A stretch of 64,000 nucleotides of DNA, from IMG/VR virus record IMGVR_UViG_3300035210_000151; one strand, 5' to 3'. The translations under genes and the position numbers were made by a program. The notes below the pieces were generated by a model. The model worked only from the letters and a program-made list of their open reading frames with translations. It was not told where the DNA came from and ran no database searches. Shown one piece after another: positions 1 to 9,957 of the stretch. The number at the start of each line of letters is the position of its first letter. Position 1 is the stretch's first letter. Source of the stretch: a virus (lineage: Duplodnaviria; Heunggongvirae; Uroviricota; Caudoviricetes).

Positions 1-4
1 AATT

Positions 5-688
5 ATGGAAGCCTTGAATACATTGGTTAATGATAATTCAGGTATTAATCATTATGATCCTAATCAAAGTCAATTTAAAATGGAATTTGAATTAACTCAT
101 GTCCCTCTTATTAGTCAATATAAAATAGCTGATGGAATTGATCATTACTCTTACCGAATAGATTATGAACATATTATACATGAAGAAAATTATACTGGAT
201 TTAATGATATTCCAGAAGTAAATAATATGACTCTTATTGAAAATAATACTTTCATTAATCCAACAATGGCCCGTTATTTTTCAGTTAGTATTTATATGAA
301 TTATGATGCAGACGAAAATTATACATCAAGAAAAAGGAGTTATCAACACGTCTCAGATACAACCGAAAATTCAGAATCAAGAGATATAATGCTTTCTAAA
401 GTGGAAGAAGACTACCCAGAAAGAGCTAAATTTACTCAGGGTGTTAGTTTTATAATGCGAAATATAAAATTTGCTGGTAAATTAAATGTTCCTAAAGTCA
501 TTACCATTTGGAACGAAAATTCATCTGAATTATTTCCATGTCATTTATATTCAAATGAGTTAATTCAAGGTTATAAAGAATCTCCTGATACCGTTATCAA
601 TAATGATGAGTATAGTTTGCAATATTACTGTTTAAAACTACCTAATTATAATGATTATATTGGTAATTTAAAAATATTGTTTGATTAA
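5..688 (+). CDS. hypothetical protein (may be 5'-truncated by window edge)
   Basis: 227-aa ORF, no recognisable motif. Confidence 0.7.
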   Translation: MEALNTLVNDNSGINHYDPNQSQFKMEFELTHVPLISQYKIADGIDHYSYRIDYEHIIHEENYTGFNDIPEVNNMTLIENNTFINPTMARYFSVSIYMNYDADENYTSRKRSYQHVSDTTENSESRDIMLSKVEEDYPERAKFTQGVSFIMRNIKFAGKLNVPKVITIWNENSSELFPCHLYSNELIQGYKESPDTVINNDEYSLQYYCLKLPNYNDYIGNLKILFD

Positions 689-773
689 CCATTCGTAGCA
701 AAATAATAAAATAGCTTGTTGTATAGGGCTATTTTTGTTATAATAGTATCACTAAATTACTGAGGTGTTTCTT

Positions 774-1235
774 ATGAACTCACAACAAAGTGGTATGATG
801 ATGGCATGTGGTCTGTTAGCCCTCATGATCTTATGTATGTTTTCAGTTTGTATTTCTTTTTTCATTTTTGCCATCTTTGGATTGCAAGAATCCTCACTTG
901 GCCCGCTTATGCTTGGTAGCATGGTAGGACTCATTAGTCTATTGGTTTATATGTTTAAACGCGATGACAAAAAATTTGAGCAAGAACAAGTGCAATCTCA
1001 ACTTGACTATGAACTTCACTGGCAGAAACGTAATTTGGTTAATCTCGCAACTGATTTTGATGATAGCCGCAAAAATATTGCAGAACGATTTAAACAAGCA
1101 CAAATCAAACAAGACAGAGAAGCAAGAATTAAAGCTCGCAGGCTAAATGATGGCTACGATGATGGCGATGATTGTTGTTATTATGCGGATGAAATGTGTT
1201 GCTCGGCAGATGATCCAAGTTACATGGACGATTGA
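774..1235 (+). CDS. membrane protein, 2 TM, acidic Cys-containing tail
   Basis: RBS GAGGTG at 762-767, ATG 774; two hydrophobic segments; TATAAT at 739-744. Confidence 0.75.
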   Translation: MNSQQSGMMMACGLLALMILCMFSVCISFFIFAIFGLQESSLGPLMLGSMVGLISLLVYMFKRDDKKFEQEQVQSQLDYELHWQKRNLVNLATDFDDSRKNIAERFKQAQIKQDREARIKARRLNDGYDDGDDCCYYADEMCCSADDPSYMDD

Positions 1236-1317
1236 CACTAGCGTCCAGTAAAGAAATGGTTGTTTTTTTAACTGGTTTAGTGTAGTATAGCATTCCTATA
1301 TTGGGAGTATTATAAGA

Positions 1318-2637
1318 ATGCTAAATAAACTATTAAGTCTACCAAACCAAGACAATAAATATTATGTTTTAGATGCTTTAAGCATTGATCGTGAAGCCGA
1401 ACAGGCTCTTCTCTTTCATCACAATGGAAAACTTGTTATTCTAGGCTTTGCTTATGCGGGCTTTTGTTTTGAAACGATTGATACTATTCCTGAATTTACT
1501 TATGATCCTTTTGAATCAATTGATAACTTCCATCTTATTGAAATCCCTGAATCAGAAGCCCTTTCTTGTTTGCGTTTCTATATGGAAACAGAAGTATCTG
1601 ATAGCACTGTTTACTTACCATCCGGTGTTGAAAAACAATTCTTTATTGATTCCATGCTTTCTTTGATTAATCGTTTTGGTTCTATGATTGGCGAAGAAGA
1701 CAAAGCTTCTTTTGAATGCTTATTGAATAATGTTGAAATAGAACTTCGTGAACCTGTTTCAAAAGGTGATAACGATGGATTTTGTGAATCTGATCATCTT
1801 ATTGTCCCTGACAAATTGGTAGACCTTACCACAATGCCTTATCTTTTCTCTGGTCGTGAAGAAACTCTTAACATGATCTCTTACTATCAAAATTTTGATG
1901 AAAATCTTTCTATGGTTATTTCCAAATCATCAGAAGCTGTTGCTCCTAATGTAGATGGCAATGTGATTGGAGAGGGTGCATCACTTGATGACATTATTAA
2001 ATCACAAAAAGGCATTCGATTTATTATTAATGGTGGCTTTAACCATTATCGTAAAAACTTCTACCAATGGAAGGCCGATGACTTTAACGTTGGTGACCCA
2101 GTTGGTTTGGTTAAAATTAGAGAAAACCTTTTTGAAGATTATATCGACATTAAAGATTATGGCTTTTTGACACAAGAAAATAAAGGTGATTACTGGAAAA
2201 TCACTAATTACGAAAATCTTAACAAGGACTCTAAATACATTTTGGGATGTACACCGTTGTTAATTAATAAAGGTAAAGCCGTTCCTATTTCAGTCGAAGA
2301 CATGATCCCTGTAAAAGAGGGTGAAATCAATCCACCTAGTTTTCTTGGACATGGCATGCAGATTCACCCACGAACAGCAGTCGCTACAATGGGACGAGAG
2401 CTAATCTTTATTGTGATTGAAAATAATGCTGCTGGTACAGGTGGTTGCACACTTCAAGAACTTCAAAATCTTGGGTTAGCGATGGGATTTGATTATATGT
2501 TGAATTTGGATGGTGGAGGTTCATCACAATTTAAGTTTATGACAGATAATGGTTTTATTTCTAACTATGTATTACCAGAAGATCAAAACCGTGTTCTTGG
2601 ACATTCACTTATTATTTTTGATGAAAAATTGAAATAG
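1318..2637 (+). CDS. phosphodiester glycosidase (NAGPA-like) family protein with N-terminal extension
   Basis: Motifs INGGF, HPRTAVA, LNLDGGGSS. Confidence 0.8.
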   Translation: MLNKLLSLPNQDNKYYVLDALSIDREAEQALLFHHNGKLVILGFAYAGFCFETIDTIPEFTYDPFESIDNFHLIEIPESEALSCLRFYMETEVSDSTVYLPSGVEKQFFIDSMLSLINRFGSMIGEEDKASFECLLNNVEIELREPVSKGDNDGFCESDHLIVPDKLVDLTTMPYLFSGREETLNMISYYQNFDENLSMVISKSSEAVAPNVDGNVIGEGASLDDIIKSQKGIRFIINGGFNHYRKNFYQWKADDFNVGDPVGLVKIRENLFEDYIDIKDYGFLTQENKGDYWKITNYENLNKDSKYILGCTPLLINKGKAVPISVEDMIPVKEGEINPPSFLGHGMQIHPRTAVATMGRELIFIVIENNAAGTGGCTLQELQNLGLAMGFDYMLNLDGGGSSQFKFMTDNGFISNYVLPEDQNRVLGHSLIIFDEKLK

Positions 2638-2698
2638 TTATTTTCTTATACATGGTTTTATGCTATAATTGAAGTCAACTTTAAGGAGATATTGCTGG

Positions 2699-3097
2699 AT
2701 GAATAGTGAACTTATCACATTGTCAGATCCTGTAACCCAAGAAAAAAAATCTCAGGATCTTAAAGCTATTTTGGATGGTCAAAATGAAATTGACAGTCAA
2801 AAAATTGCAGAAACCTATCCGTTGGAGAGCCTAACTAATCAGCCATTTATTTTATGGTATTCAAATGATTTTGTTTTTCAAGGTTCCTTTGAAGTCAATA
2901 ATCTACCGGGGGCTGAACAATATCAAGCATATGCTTATGTTAATTCAACTGATATTGAACTGTTTCTAAGTTCTCGTGAAAGGTCGTTGCAAGATATTAT
3001 TTCTGGTCATTATGTAATGCATGTAGCAGTTACTCATGATATCAATAATATTGACCCACAGTTTGTCAGTGCTTTATTCATTAAAACAACTTTTTAA
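2699..3097 (+). CDS. hypothetical protein, paralog of 3241-3663
   Basis: RBS AAGGAG; shared YPxxSLxxQxFILW, GAxxxxAYxxV, ALFIK. Confidence 0.75.
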   Translation: MNSELITLSDPVTQEKKSQDLKAILDGQNEIDSQKIAETYPLESLTNQPFILWYSNDFVFQGSFEVNNLPGAEQYQAYAYVNSTDIELFLSSRERSLQDIISGHYVMHVAVTHDINNIDPQFVSALFIKTTF

Positions 3098-3131
3098 TTT
3101 ATTTAAGGAGTGGTTTTATTTATAAATATAT

Positions 3132-3167
3132 GGGACTAAGGTTTTTCTAACTTAGTTCCTTTTTTTT
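3132..3167 (+). terminator. intrinsic terminator
   Basis: GGGACTAAG...CTTAGTTCC stem followed by T run. Confidence 0.65.
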
Positions 3168-3182
3168 AATTAATCTTTTATC

Positions 3183-3211
3183 TTTACATTTAGACTGTTT
3201 TTTGATATAAT
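3183..3211 (+). promoter_or_regulatory. sigma70-type promoter
   Basis: TTTACA-17-TATAAT with TG extension. Confidence 0.7.
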
Positions 3212-3240
3212 CAAGGTCTAATTTTCAGGATCTCTACTCT

Positions 3241-3663
3241 ATGACCAACCCATTATCAGGCTGTTCAGAATCACTTAATCTGGTTACGAGATTGAAAAAT
3301 GTTTTGGATTATCAAAATAATATAATTCGAAAACAAATCGAAGACCACTATCCATTCTCCAGTCTGAGCGAACAAGATTTTATTTTGTGGTGTGTTAATG
3401 GGGCTGTCTATCATGGTGCATTCCAACCCCGTGAAATTGCTGGAGCCGCAAAATTTAAAGCCTATGATTTTGTTGACGCCGAATACATTACTGCATTCTT
3501 TCAGCAACAAGAAACCAATAACCCCTATGAATCAGAATTGCCCGCCATTGCTACTGGTGATTACTTTATGTTTGTTCGGGTTAACGCTGATAGTGAGCTT
3601 AATAGTAAAGATCTTGATATTATGTATGCTTTGTTTATAAAATCACCCATTGAAGTTAATTAA
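3241..3663 (+). CDS. hypothetical protein, paralog of 2699-3097
   Basis: 140-aa ORF; shared motifs with upstream gene. Confidence 0.75.
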   Translation: MTNPLSGCSESLNLVTRLKNVLDYQNNIIRKQIEDHYPFSSLSEQDFILWCVNGAVYHGAFQPREIAGAAKFKAYDFVDAEYITAFFQQQETNNPYESELPAIATGDYFMFVRVNADSELNSKDLDIMYALFIKSPIEVN

Positions 3664-3672
3664 GGAGTATTT

Positions 3673-4002
3673 ATGTCTTTCATGTTAGATGACACTATTG
3701 AGATTGAAATGTCGTTTGTAGAAAAACGTAATAGAGGCACTAAGAAATTTGAATGTTACCTTGAAGTTACAGTTTCTCCTGATGCTGACTGCCCTTGTCA
3801 GATGATTTATCCTCTTGGAGACACTTGGGCTAAAGTGAAAAAGCATTATCCTGCCTTTACTGATATTATGCAACAGATTCATGGTCTTCATGAAATTTGT
3901 CGGGAACTTAATCAAATTCGAATCCTTAGTATTGATGGTGACGAAGGTCTATATGATCAAAACATTGATGAATGGAACAACAACTTACAGGATAACGAAT
4001 AA
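3673..4002 (+). CDS. hypothetical protein
   Basis: RBS AAGGAG; operon with neighbours. Confidence 0.7.
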   Translation: MSFMLDDTIEIEMSFVEKRNRGTKKFECYLEVTVSPDADCPCQMIYPLGDTWAKVKKHYPAFTDIMQQIHGLHEICRELNQIRILSIDGDEGLYDQNIDEWNNNLQDNE

Positions 4003-4367
4003 TGTCATGGTCAATTGATTTACAATATAACTCATTGAAACTCAATGAAGCAGCGATTAATGCTCTGTTTGAATATAGAGCAGACAATTATGATGATGAT
4101 ATTGATTATGTTGTCGATGAAGATGGCTATATACTGTTTAACCCAGATGATATGGAACACATGGATTTCTTGTGGGATCATGCAGTTCAAGACATCATCA
4201 CTTTGAATGGGTGTTCTGGTACCGTTATTTTCAGTTCCAGTGAAGGTGACAATAAAGGCCAATTCTGGGGCTGGGTGTTCACACCTGAACTTATTGATGT
4301 TCTTGATAAAAAACAATCATTGAAATTCCTTGCGGATAACGATGAAAGTCCACACAAAGGAGCTTGA
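4002..4367 (+). CDS. hypothetical acidic protein
   Basis: TAATG translational coupling with upstream gene. Confidence 0.75.
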   Translation: MSWSIDLQYNSLKLNEAAINALFEYRADNYDDDIDYVVDEDGYILFNPDDMEHMDFLWDHAVQDIITLNGCSGTVIFSSSEGDNKGQFWGWVFTPELIDVLDKKQSLKFLADNDESPHKGA

Positions 4368-4370
4368 AAT

Positions 4371-4730
4371 ATGCAGCATTATTTAAATTATGGTTATGGT
4401 TTCCCATCTTCTATTTTGACGGAAGAAGAATTTGATCGTGTAATGGATCAGAATTTTTACGATTATGACACTAAAAAATACAATTTGAGTTGTGTATCAT
4501 TTACAGAAGATGAATGCACTCGTGGTTGGTCTTGTATTGTTCTGTATCCAATTGGAGAAGTTAACTCACCTGCTAAAATGCTTACACTTTCTGAAATCAA
4601 TACAATGGCTGCAAAATATGGAACCATTTCCAATGAACGGAAAGAAAAGTTTTTAGAAGTATTAGAAACTGCTGGTTTAGGGCATTATGTTGATAAAGTT
4701 GAGTTAGTGTTCTATTCAGATAATTATTAA
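4371..4730 (+). CDS. hypothetical protein
   Basis: RBS AAGGAG; 119 aa. Confidence 0.75.
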   Translation: MQHYLNYGYGFPSSILTEEEFDRVMDQNFYDYDTKKYNLSCVSFTEDECTRGWSCIVLYPIGEVNSPAKMLTLSEINTMAAKYGTISNERKEKFLEVLETAGLGHYVDKVELVFYSDNY

Positions 4731-4739
4731 GGAGAGTTT

Positions 4740-4766
4740 ATGCAAGAAGAATATGAAGGTCTTTAA
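4740..4766 (+). CDS. putative minigene, 8 aa (MQEEYEGL)
   Basis: AAGGAG RBS, ATG...TAA, then terminator; resembles 5461-5487. Confidence 0.4.
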   Translation: MQEEYEGL

Positions 4767-4781
4767 ACAATATTAATTGAT

Positions 4782-4808
4782 AGCCACTTTACTGTGGCTT
4801 TCTTTTTT
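4782..4808 (+). terminator. intrinsic terminator
   Basis: AGCCAC...GTGGCT stem plus T-rich tail. Confidence 0.65.
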
Positions 4809-4854
4809 GTAAAAAATAATGTATACTTGCTTCATTAACTATTAAGGTGAACAA

Positions 4855-5379
4855 ATGATTAAAATGAAAATGACTGTTAGCGAAGTGGTCACTGTTGTTG
4901 ATAACTTTATTAAACACTACCTCTCTTTTGAACAACGCACTAATGACAGGTATGAACTGGAACGTGTGATCCCTAAAATTACCAACCAGACTGCAGTGGC
5001 AGCTCTTCAAAAAGAGATTAACCACATTAAGCAAGAAGAAGACACCATTGGAATCAATCACCAGTTGCTTATTCAACAACTTGTTGAGTATATTTTCCAT
5101 AACGATTTCCGTAAAAATTTGCTGGTAATCGAAACCTATTTTGATACTCAATCTTATAGAAATAGTTCGGGTGGTTATGATGACTTTTTCTATTTCGTCT
5201 TCACGGGTGAGCTGGGTAAACCTTTGTATGACATCATGACATTGAGTTCTTACTATGAATTTTATGCCAATGATAAGAAAGTTCCTGAAGAAAAACAATT
5301 GAGCAATAAGATGAGTTACCAAGAATTTGCTAGTGTTGTTAATAAATACTATATTGGCGAAGGGGAGCCGTTGTCTTAA
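4855..5379 (+). CDS. hypothetical protein
   Basis: RBS AAGGTG; 174 aa. Confidence 0.75.
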   Translation: MIKMKMTVSEVVTVVDNFIKHYLSFEQRTNDRYELERVIPKITNQTAVAALQKEINHIKQEEDTIGINHQLLIQQLVEYIFHNDFRKNLLVIETYFDTQSYRNSSGGYDDFFYFVFTGELGKPLYDIMTLSSYYEFYANDKKVPEEKQLSNKMSYQEFASVVNKYYIGEGEPLS

Positions 5380-5399
5380 TGCTTGGTTGACTGTTTTGC

Positions 5400-5428
5400 T
5401 TTACATCTAACCACTATCTTGTTATAAT
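5400..5428 (+). promoter_or_regulatory. sigma70-type promoter of minigene unit
   Basis: TTTACA-17-TATAAT with TG extension. Confidence 0.7.
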
Positions 5429-5460
5429 ATACAGGTAACATTCTTGAAAGGAGATATCTA

Positions 5461-5487
5461 ATGAGAGAAGAAGACCACGGATTCTAG
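5461..5487 (+). CDS. putative minigene, 8 aa (MREEDHGF), or small RNA
   Basis: Own promoter, AAGGAG RBS, ATG...TAG, terminator at 5497-5524. Confidence 0.5.
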   Translation: MREEDHGF

Positions 5488-5496
5488 AATCCACTT

Positions 5497-5524
5497 AAAA
5501 AAGCCACTTCGTTGTGGTTTTTTT
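5497..5524 (+). terminator. intrinsic terminator
   Basis: AAAAAAGCCAC-TTCGTT-GTGGTTTTTTT. Confidence 0.7.
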
Positions 5525-5543
5525 GTGCTTAAAATTTGAATAC

Positions 5544-5566
5544 AAAAAAGAGGCCGAAGCCTCTTT
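5544..5566 (-). terminator. intrinsic terminator (UUCG loop)
   Basis: Minus strand GAGGC-TTCG-GCCTC-TTTTTT; near-identical to 7271-7294. Confidence 0.8.
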
Positions 5567-5583
5567 CTTTATTTTGTGTCCAG

Positions 5584-7212
5584 TTAACTGGCAGCTTTCA
5601 CTTTTTGTAGTACTTCTTCATCATAGTATTCTTCAAATACTTTTTCCAAAGCATCCTTGCAAGCGATAGCTTCCTTGTCATCAGGGTTTTTAATCGCCCA
5701 GTCCATCAAATAAACAGCCATCTCGAAAACAACTTTACGCCATTCTTCTGGTAAATCTTTTGGCAGGTGGAACAAGAGTGAACTTGAACCAAATGCAAAA
5801 GCTCGTTCTGATTGCAATGGGCTGTAATCATTTTCAGCTTCATTCGGATCGTAGTCTTTTAATACGTTTTGACCATCTGTAAAGGTTTTGCCATTCCAAC
5901 CAAACCCTGTCCCCATACAAGTAAACAAATAATGCAATGCTGCCGAACGACTGTTAGAAAAACCAGTGGTCATACTACGAATGAAATATTCAGGGGAATT
6001 GATATCCATATCGGTTAAAACCAATACATCTCGATTAACACCATATTCCTCAGTCATCAGACTGTTACTGTAACTCAGTTCAAATGCCAATGAGTTAAAT
6101 TCCATGTAATGAGCTGTCATGTAACCTTTTTCAGAGTCATAAACCAAATCGTTGGTAGCAGTTTCAAATTCTTCCAGCAAGAGATCAACACTTTTACGAT
6201 AACCATCCGCATTAAATTCAAATGGATAGTCATATTGATTGGCATATTTGGCATTAGTAAAGTCTTGTAGGTATTCTGCCACATTGAAGACTGTGTTATC
6301 ATCTTCATCAATATCAGCCATATCATGAATACGTTCCATCCAATCTTCATTGATACGCATTGTATTCCAAACTTTGAGCACGTTTGTTTTAGTATTACGA
6401 GCGACCAAAAACATGTTGTTCTGGCTGATATAGACGTTGCCTTGAATATCACCTTTTTCAACATAGTAAAGGAAGTTGTCCATGTCGTTCGATTCAACTT
6501 CGTTATCAATATCATGACCATTTTCTTTCAATATATTAAACGTTTGCATCATTTCGAGCCGCATAACACTTTCAAGTTCTGGAAACCGAACCGCAGAATC
6601 ACCCAACATGAAAATGTCAATTAGCATGTTTGATTCAGTTGGTCGAATAAGCCCAAGTTGTTTACTGATAAAGCCAAACAACAGCCACCCTAACTGACGG
6701 TCAATACAGTAGGCACCATCATAAGTAATACCCATTACTGTTTCTTCATAAGACGATTCATCTTCTGCATTCAGTAGAGAAACATCTTCTTGAATAAACT
6801 TTTCAATGATAGCTCTGACCGCCACTTCATCAGCTTTTGGGTCATCACTTAGCATGATAGTTAGATCTTTTTTATCAAAGTGCTCATAAATCGAAGGCAC
6901 TCTTCCTGTCATTTTCTTTTTGATGACAAATTCACCCATCGAAATTTTTGCAACATAATCACCATTTGGCAGCGTAAAGCTTAGTTTTGTTTTATTAAAG
7001 TCACTCATGTCCATATCAGGCATATCGGGCAGGCTTAGACCCGCAAACTTTTTACCAAAATCTTCGTCTTCTAAAACGATGTTGGTGATACCTGCTTGAC
7101 GTTGAACACCCGTACCGTCATCAAAGTTAGGTTGACCGATTCCTTGAAGTACCTTGCGGATAATTTCAAGTGTTGGCTTTTTGTCGATAGGTCGTGCAAA
7201 CAAATTCATCAT
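5584..7212 (-). CDS. large acidic hypothetical protein, paralog of 21800-23323
   Basis: Shared PxFDxGTG, KQLGxI, NGHDxxNExxxNDMDNFL, QNNMFLxAxNTxTxVLKxWNT. Confidence 0.85.
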   Translation of the reverse strand: MMNLFARPIDKKPTLEIIRKVLQGIGQPNFDDGTGVQRQAGITNIVLEDEDFGKKFAGLSLPDMPDMDMSDFNKTKLSFTLPNGDYVAKISMGEFVIKKKMTGRVPSIYEHFDKKDLTIMLSDDPKADEVAVRAIIEKFIQEDVSLLNAEDESSYEETVMGITYDGAYCIDRQLGWLLFGFISKQLGLIRPTESNMLIDIFMLGDSAVRFPELESVMRLEMMQTFNILKENGHDIDNEVESNDMDNFLYYVEKGDIQGNVYISQNNMFLVARNTKTNVLKVWNTMRINEDWMERIHDMADIDEDDNTVFNVAEYLQDFTNAKYANQYDYPFEFNADGYRKSVDLLLEEFETATNDLVYDSEKGYMTAHYMEFNSLAFELSYSNSLMTEEYGVNRDVLVLTDMDINSPEYFIRSMTTGFSNSRSAALHYLFTCMGTGFGWNGKTFTDGQNVLKDYDPNEAENDYSPLQSERAFAFGSSSLLFHLPKDLPEEWRKVVFEMAVYLMDWAIKNPDDKEAIACKDALEKVFEEYYDEEVLQKVKAAS

Positions 7213-7270
7213 TGAGAATACCTCTGTTAATTAGATGGATATTATATCAAAAATCATAAATAATTACAAC

Positions 7271-7294
7271 AAAAAAGAGGCCGAAGCCCCTTTT
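7271..7294 (-). terminator. intrinsic terminator (UUCG loop)
   Basis: Minus strand GGGGC-TTCG-GCCTC-TTTTTT. Confidence 0.75.
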
Positions 7295-7302
7295 CATTTT
7301 TG

Positions 7303-8130
7303 TTATTGTGTGTAAACGTTTAGCTTTCTAGCAATAAACGCATATTCTTCTACACGTTGTTCAGCGGCTTCATCAGGACTGGCTTCATGCCATTTCATGA
7401 AATCACAAAACAAGGTTTTGGTCAGATTGATGAACAGATCCTTTTGTTCATTGGAATATTCACCATTGTTAAATTTTAGGTACATGGCAGTATCTGCATC
7501 CGCTGGCATATCATCATTGTCTTCAAAGTCTTCCATATCGGCTTCATCGTCATCTGATTGGCTAGTTGAGAACCATTTGTAGACAACAGTAGTCAACATA
7601 TAATGAGCGGTTAAATCGTCAATAAATGCACCGCATGGAACGTTTAGAATATCTTTTGCAGTAATTGTATCTGGAATATCAAAGTCCATATAAGTATCAT
7701 GGTGGAACATCAATAAAGATTCATTGTTCTTCAAATTCCAGACAGACACCACAGGTGGATTACACTCTGCTGGATAGGCGTTTTGTTTCGTATGCTTGAT
7801 GATATAGGCTTCAAGTTCTTTTTCAGATTGTTCGATGAGTTCTTTCTGCCCATACAGAATACGACCACAAATGTAATCAGCACCAAAGAAGACACCTTCG
7901 TCATAATTGAGTGGTAGCATATACAGTTCTTTATCAATATCAACAGTGACATCAAGACCAGCAACACCATCAAGATCGCGGTTAGTTGTCAGGATTTTAA
8001 AGCTATCAGGAGCTGGCATTTTGTTACTTTCTGGAAAGGTGAGTACACCACTTAACCAACTTACGGGAGAACCACTACCATCGGTCAGGGATTTGTTATC
8101 ATTGATACGCAGGATATAGTCTTTACTCAT
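7303..8130 (-). CDS. hypothetical acidic protein
   Basis: 275-aa ORF with GGAG RBS. Confidence 0.8.
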   Translation of the reverse strand: MSKDYILRINDNKSLTDGSGSPVSWLSGVLTFPESNKMPAPDSFKILTTNRDLDGVAGLDVTVDIDKELYMLPLNYDEGVFFGADYICGRILYGQKELIEQSEKELEAYIIKHTKQNAYPAECNPPVVSVWNLKNNESLLMFHHDTYMDFDIPDTITAKDILNVPCGAFIDDLTAHYMLTTVVYKWFSTSQSDDDEADMEDFEDNDDMPADADTAMYLKFNNGEYSNEQKDLFINLTKTLFCDFMKWHEASPDEAAEQRVEEYAFIARKLNVYTQ

Positions 8131-8211
8131 GTGATATTCTCCAATTATTTAATTGTTGCCATTATAACATAATAAGTTAATTTTGTCTCTTTTTTGTTGA
8201 ATACTTTATTA

Positions 8212-9957
8212 TTAAGATTGTTCTTCAATATTTTTAACCGCTAGATTTTTATTAATTAATTTGATAAATCTGTTAACATTTTCTTGGTTAATATGTGTAT
8301 CATCTTTTTGGTGAGCGGTCACGTATTCACCTTTTTTATTTAAAGAAATACCAATCATTGACGACATGGAATTTGATTTTTTGCTAAAATCATAAATGAA
8401 ATATTGTTTACCTTCATTTTCTGTATATTTATTAAATAGTGAATTACTGTAACAAATACACCATGAGGATGAACCCAACATAACACTCTGTAGGTAGTTT
8501 TCAATTTCACAAATCAATAGATTATTTTGTGTCATATAATTATTAATATTATTTCGTTTAAATTTATCAATCATAGCATCAATGGTAAATCCATCAAAAA
8601 TATCAATTTGTTTTTGCAATGCTTTATTTAAATCAGATGAAGTTTTAAACAACGCAATTTTTTTACCGATTAAACTTTGTAATTGATTTTCCGTTACCTT
8701 CATGTCCATTAATGTCTTGAACAGTTTTAAGCTCGTTTCATCATATAAATGTTTATACTTATTACTGATGATACTGTTTGTATATTTATTTAATTTATGA
8801 TTATTAACGATTTTTAGCATGTTATCAAAAATCTTTTCAAGATCCTCTATTGTTTGTTCAATTAAGTTGAATCCTTCCAATTTAAGAATGTCTTTGTTTT
8901 CCAAATAATAATTACAGAAATCAATAACAAATAAACAATTATTGTTTTTAGTCATTGATTTTAATTTCTTTAACACATAAGGATGTTTATGTAATTTATC
9001 ATGTAGGAGGTCATTACAATATTCATTGATGTAAACGAATAGTTCTGTGTTATCTGGTATTGATGTAAAACTCTCGCCATGTTCAAGTAATACACTGTTA
9101 TCATTAAAAAAATGCAGTATGCGATTATTTTTTAAATTGATATTAAACGACCAATGCTTATTTTTAATAATATGCTCATGTTTATCAATATTATTGTAGC
9201 GTAGTGGAATCGCCAAGTGAGATTGATTCATAGCTGACCATACATGTCTTATAGTCTTTTCATAAAGATGAGAAAACTCGACACGAATCAATTCACAAGT
9301 TTCAATAATTTTATTTTTACTCATAAATTCTTGAATATTCCGAAAGCCTACTTTATTGATCAGATAACTTTTATTTTTAATTAATTTAAGTAATTCTTTT
9401 ACATGGCTATCAATATTAACATCAGGAGATTTTCGTGCAAACGCACTAATATCTTGTGAATACTTTAAAATAATATCTAGTTCTTCACGGACAATATCTA
9501 GATTATTAAGTTTTTCTAGTCTTTTTAAGTAGCGTTTGATATTTTGAATATGTTTTTTAAAATATTTGGACGCATCGAACTCATCACTAAAAATCTGCCA
9601 TTTTTCTAACGCTAGACGTATATTATTGTCCACTATTTCTGGATTATAATGTCTATCTAGTTGTATGAAAGTTTGATAAATTATAGAATCAAGTGAGTTA
9701 ACTTGTCCTATGTCATAATATTTTAAAAATGTTTTTCCATCCTTAATATTATGAAATGTCTCATTAAATCTCAAAAAAATAAGATCGTATTTTCTGTTGA
9801 AATCATGGCTGTAGATGTTTCCAGTAGTAGATAGACCTACACGGAATAAAAATTTATCAAAATTTTCATAACCAATGAATGAACTATTATTGATAGGGAT
9901 TTCAGCCGTATAAGTTTCATAGGCTGCCATTTTATCTAAAATATCCTGCTCGGTCAT
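8212..9957 (-). CDS. LGSSSWCI-domain family protein (PcfJ-like by inference)
   Basis: C-terminal domain shared with 26936-28834 and 28964-30907; RBS GAGGA supports start at 9957. Confidence 0.75.
   Translation of the reverse strand: MTEQDILDKMAAYETYTAEIPINNSSFIGYENFDKFLFRVGLSTTGNIYSHDFNRKYDLIFLRFNETFHNIKDGKTFLKYYDIGQVNSLDSIIYQTFIQLDRHYNPEIVDNNIRLALEKWQIFSDEFDASKYFKKHIQNIKRYLKRLEKLNNLDIVREELDIILKYSQDISAFARKSPDVNIDSHVKELLKLIKNKSYLINKVGFRNIQEFMSKNKIIETCELIRVEFSHLYEKTIRHVWSAMNQSHLAIPLRYNNIDKHEHIIKNKHWSFNINLKNNRILHFFNDNSVLLEHGESFTSIPDNTELFVYINEYCNDLLHDKLHKHPYVLKKLKSMTKNNNCLFVIDFCNYYLENKDILKLEGFNLIEQTIEDLEKIFDNMLKIVNNHKLNKYTNSIISNKYKHLYDETSLKLFKTLMDMKVTENQLQSLIGKKIALFKTSSDLNKALQKQIDIFDGFTIDAMIDKFKRNNINNYMTQNNLLICEIENYLQSVMLGSSSWCICYSNSLFNKYTENEGKQYFIYDFSKKSNSMSSMIGISLNKKGEYVTAHQKDDTHINQENVNRFIKLINKNLAVKNIEEQS

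Noticed and set aside
3130-3150. Possible third minigene MGLRFF
   Set aside because: AAGGAG lies about 20 nt upstream and the ORF sits inside the terminator stem.
4789-5322. 177-aa minus-strand ORF and other antisense or nested ORFs (e.g. 44406-44864, 55931-56374, 60583-61068, 16683-17060)
   Set aside because: Shadows of better-supported genes that have RBS and promoter on the other strand or frame.
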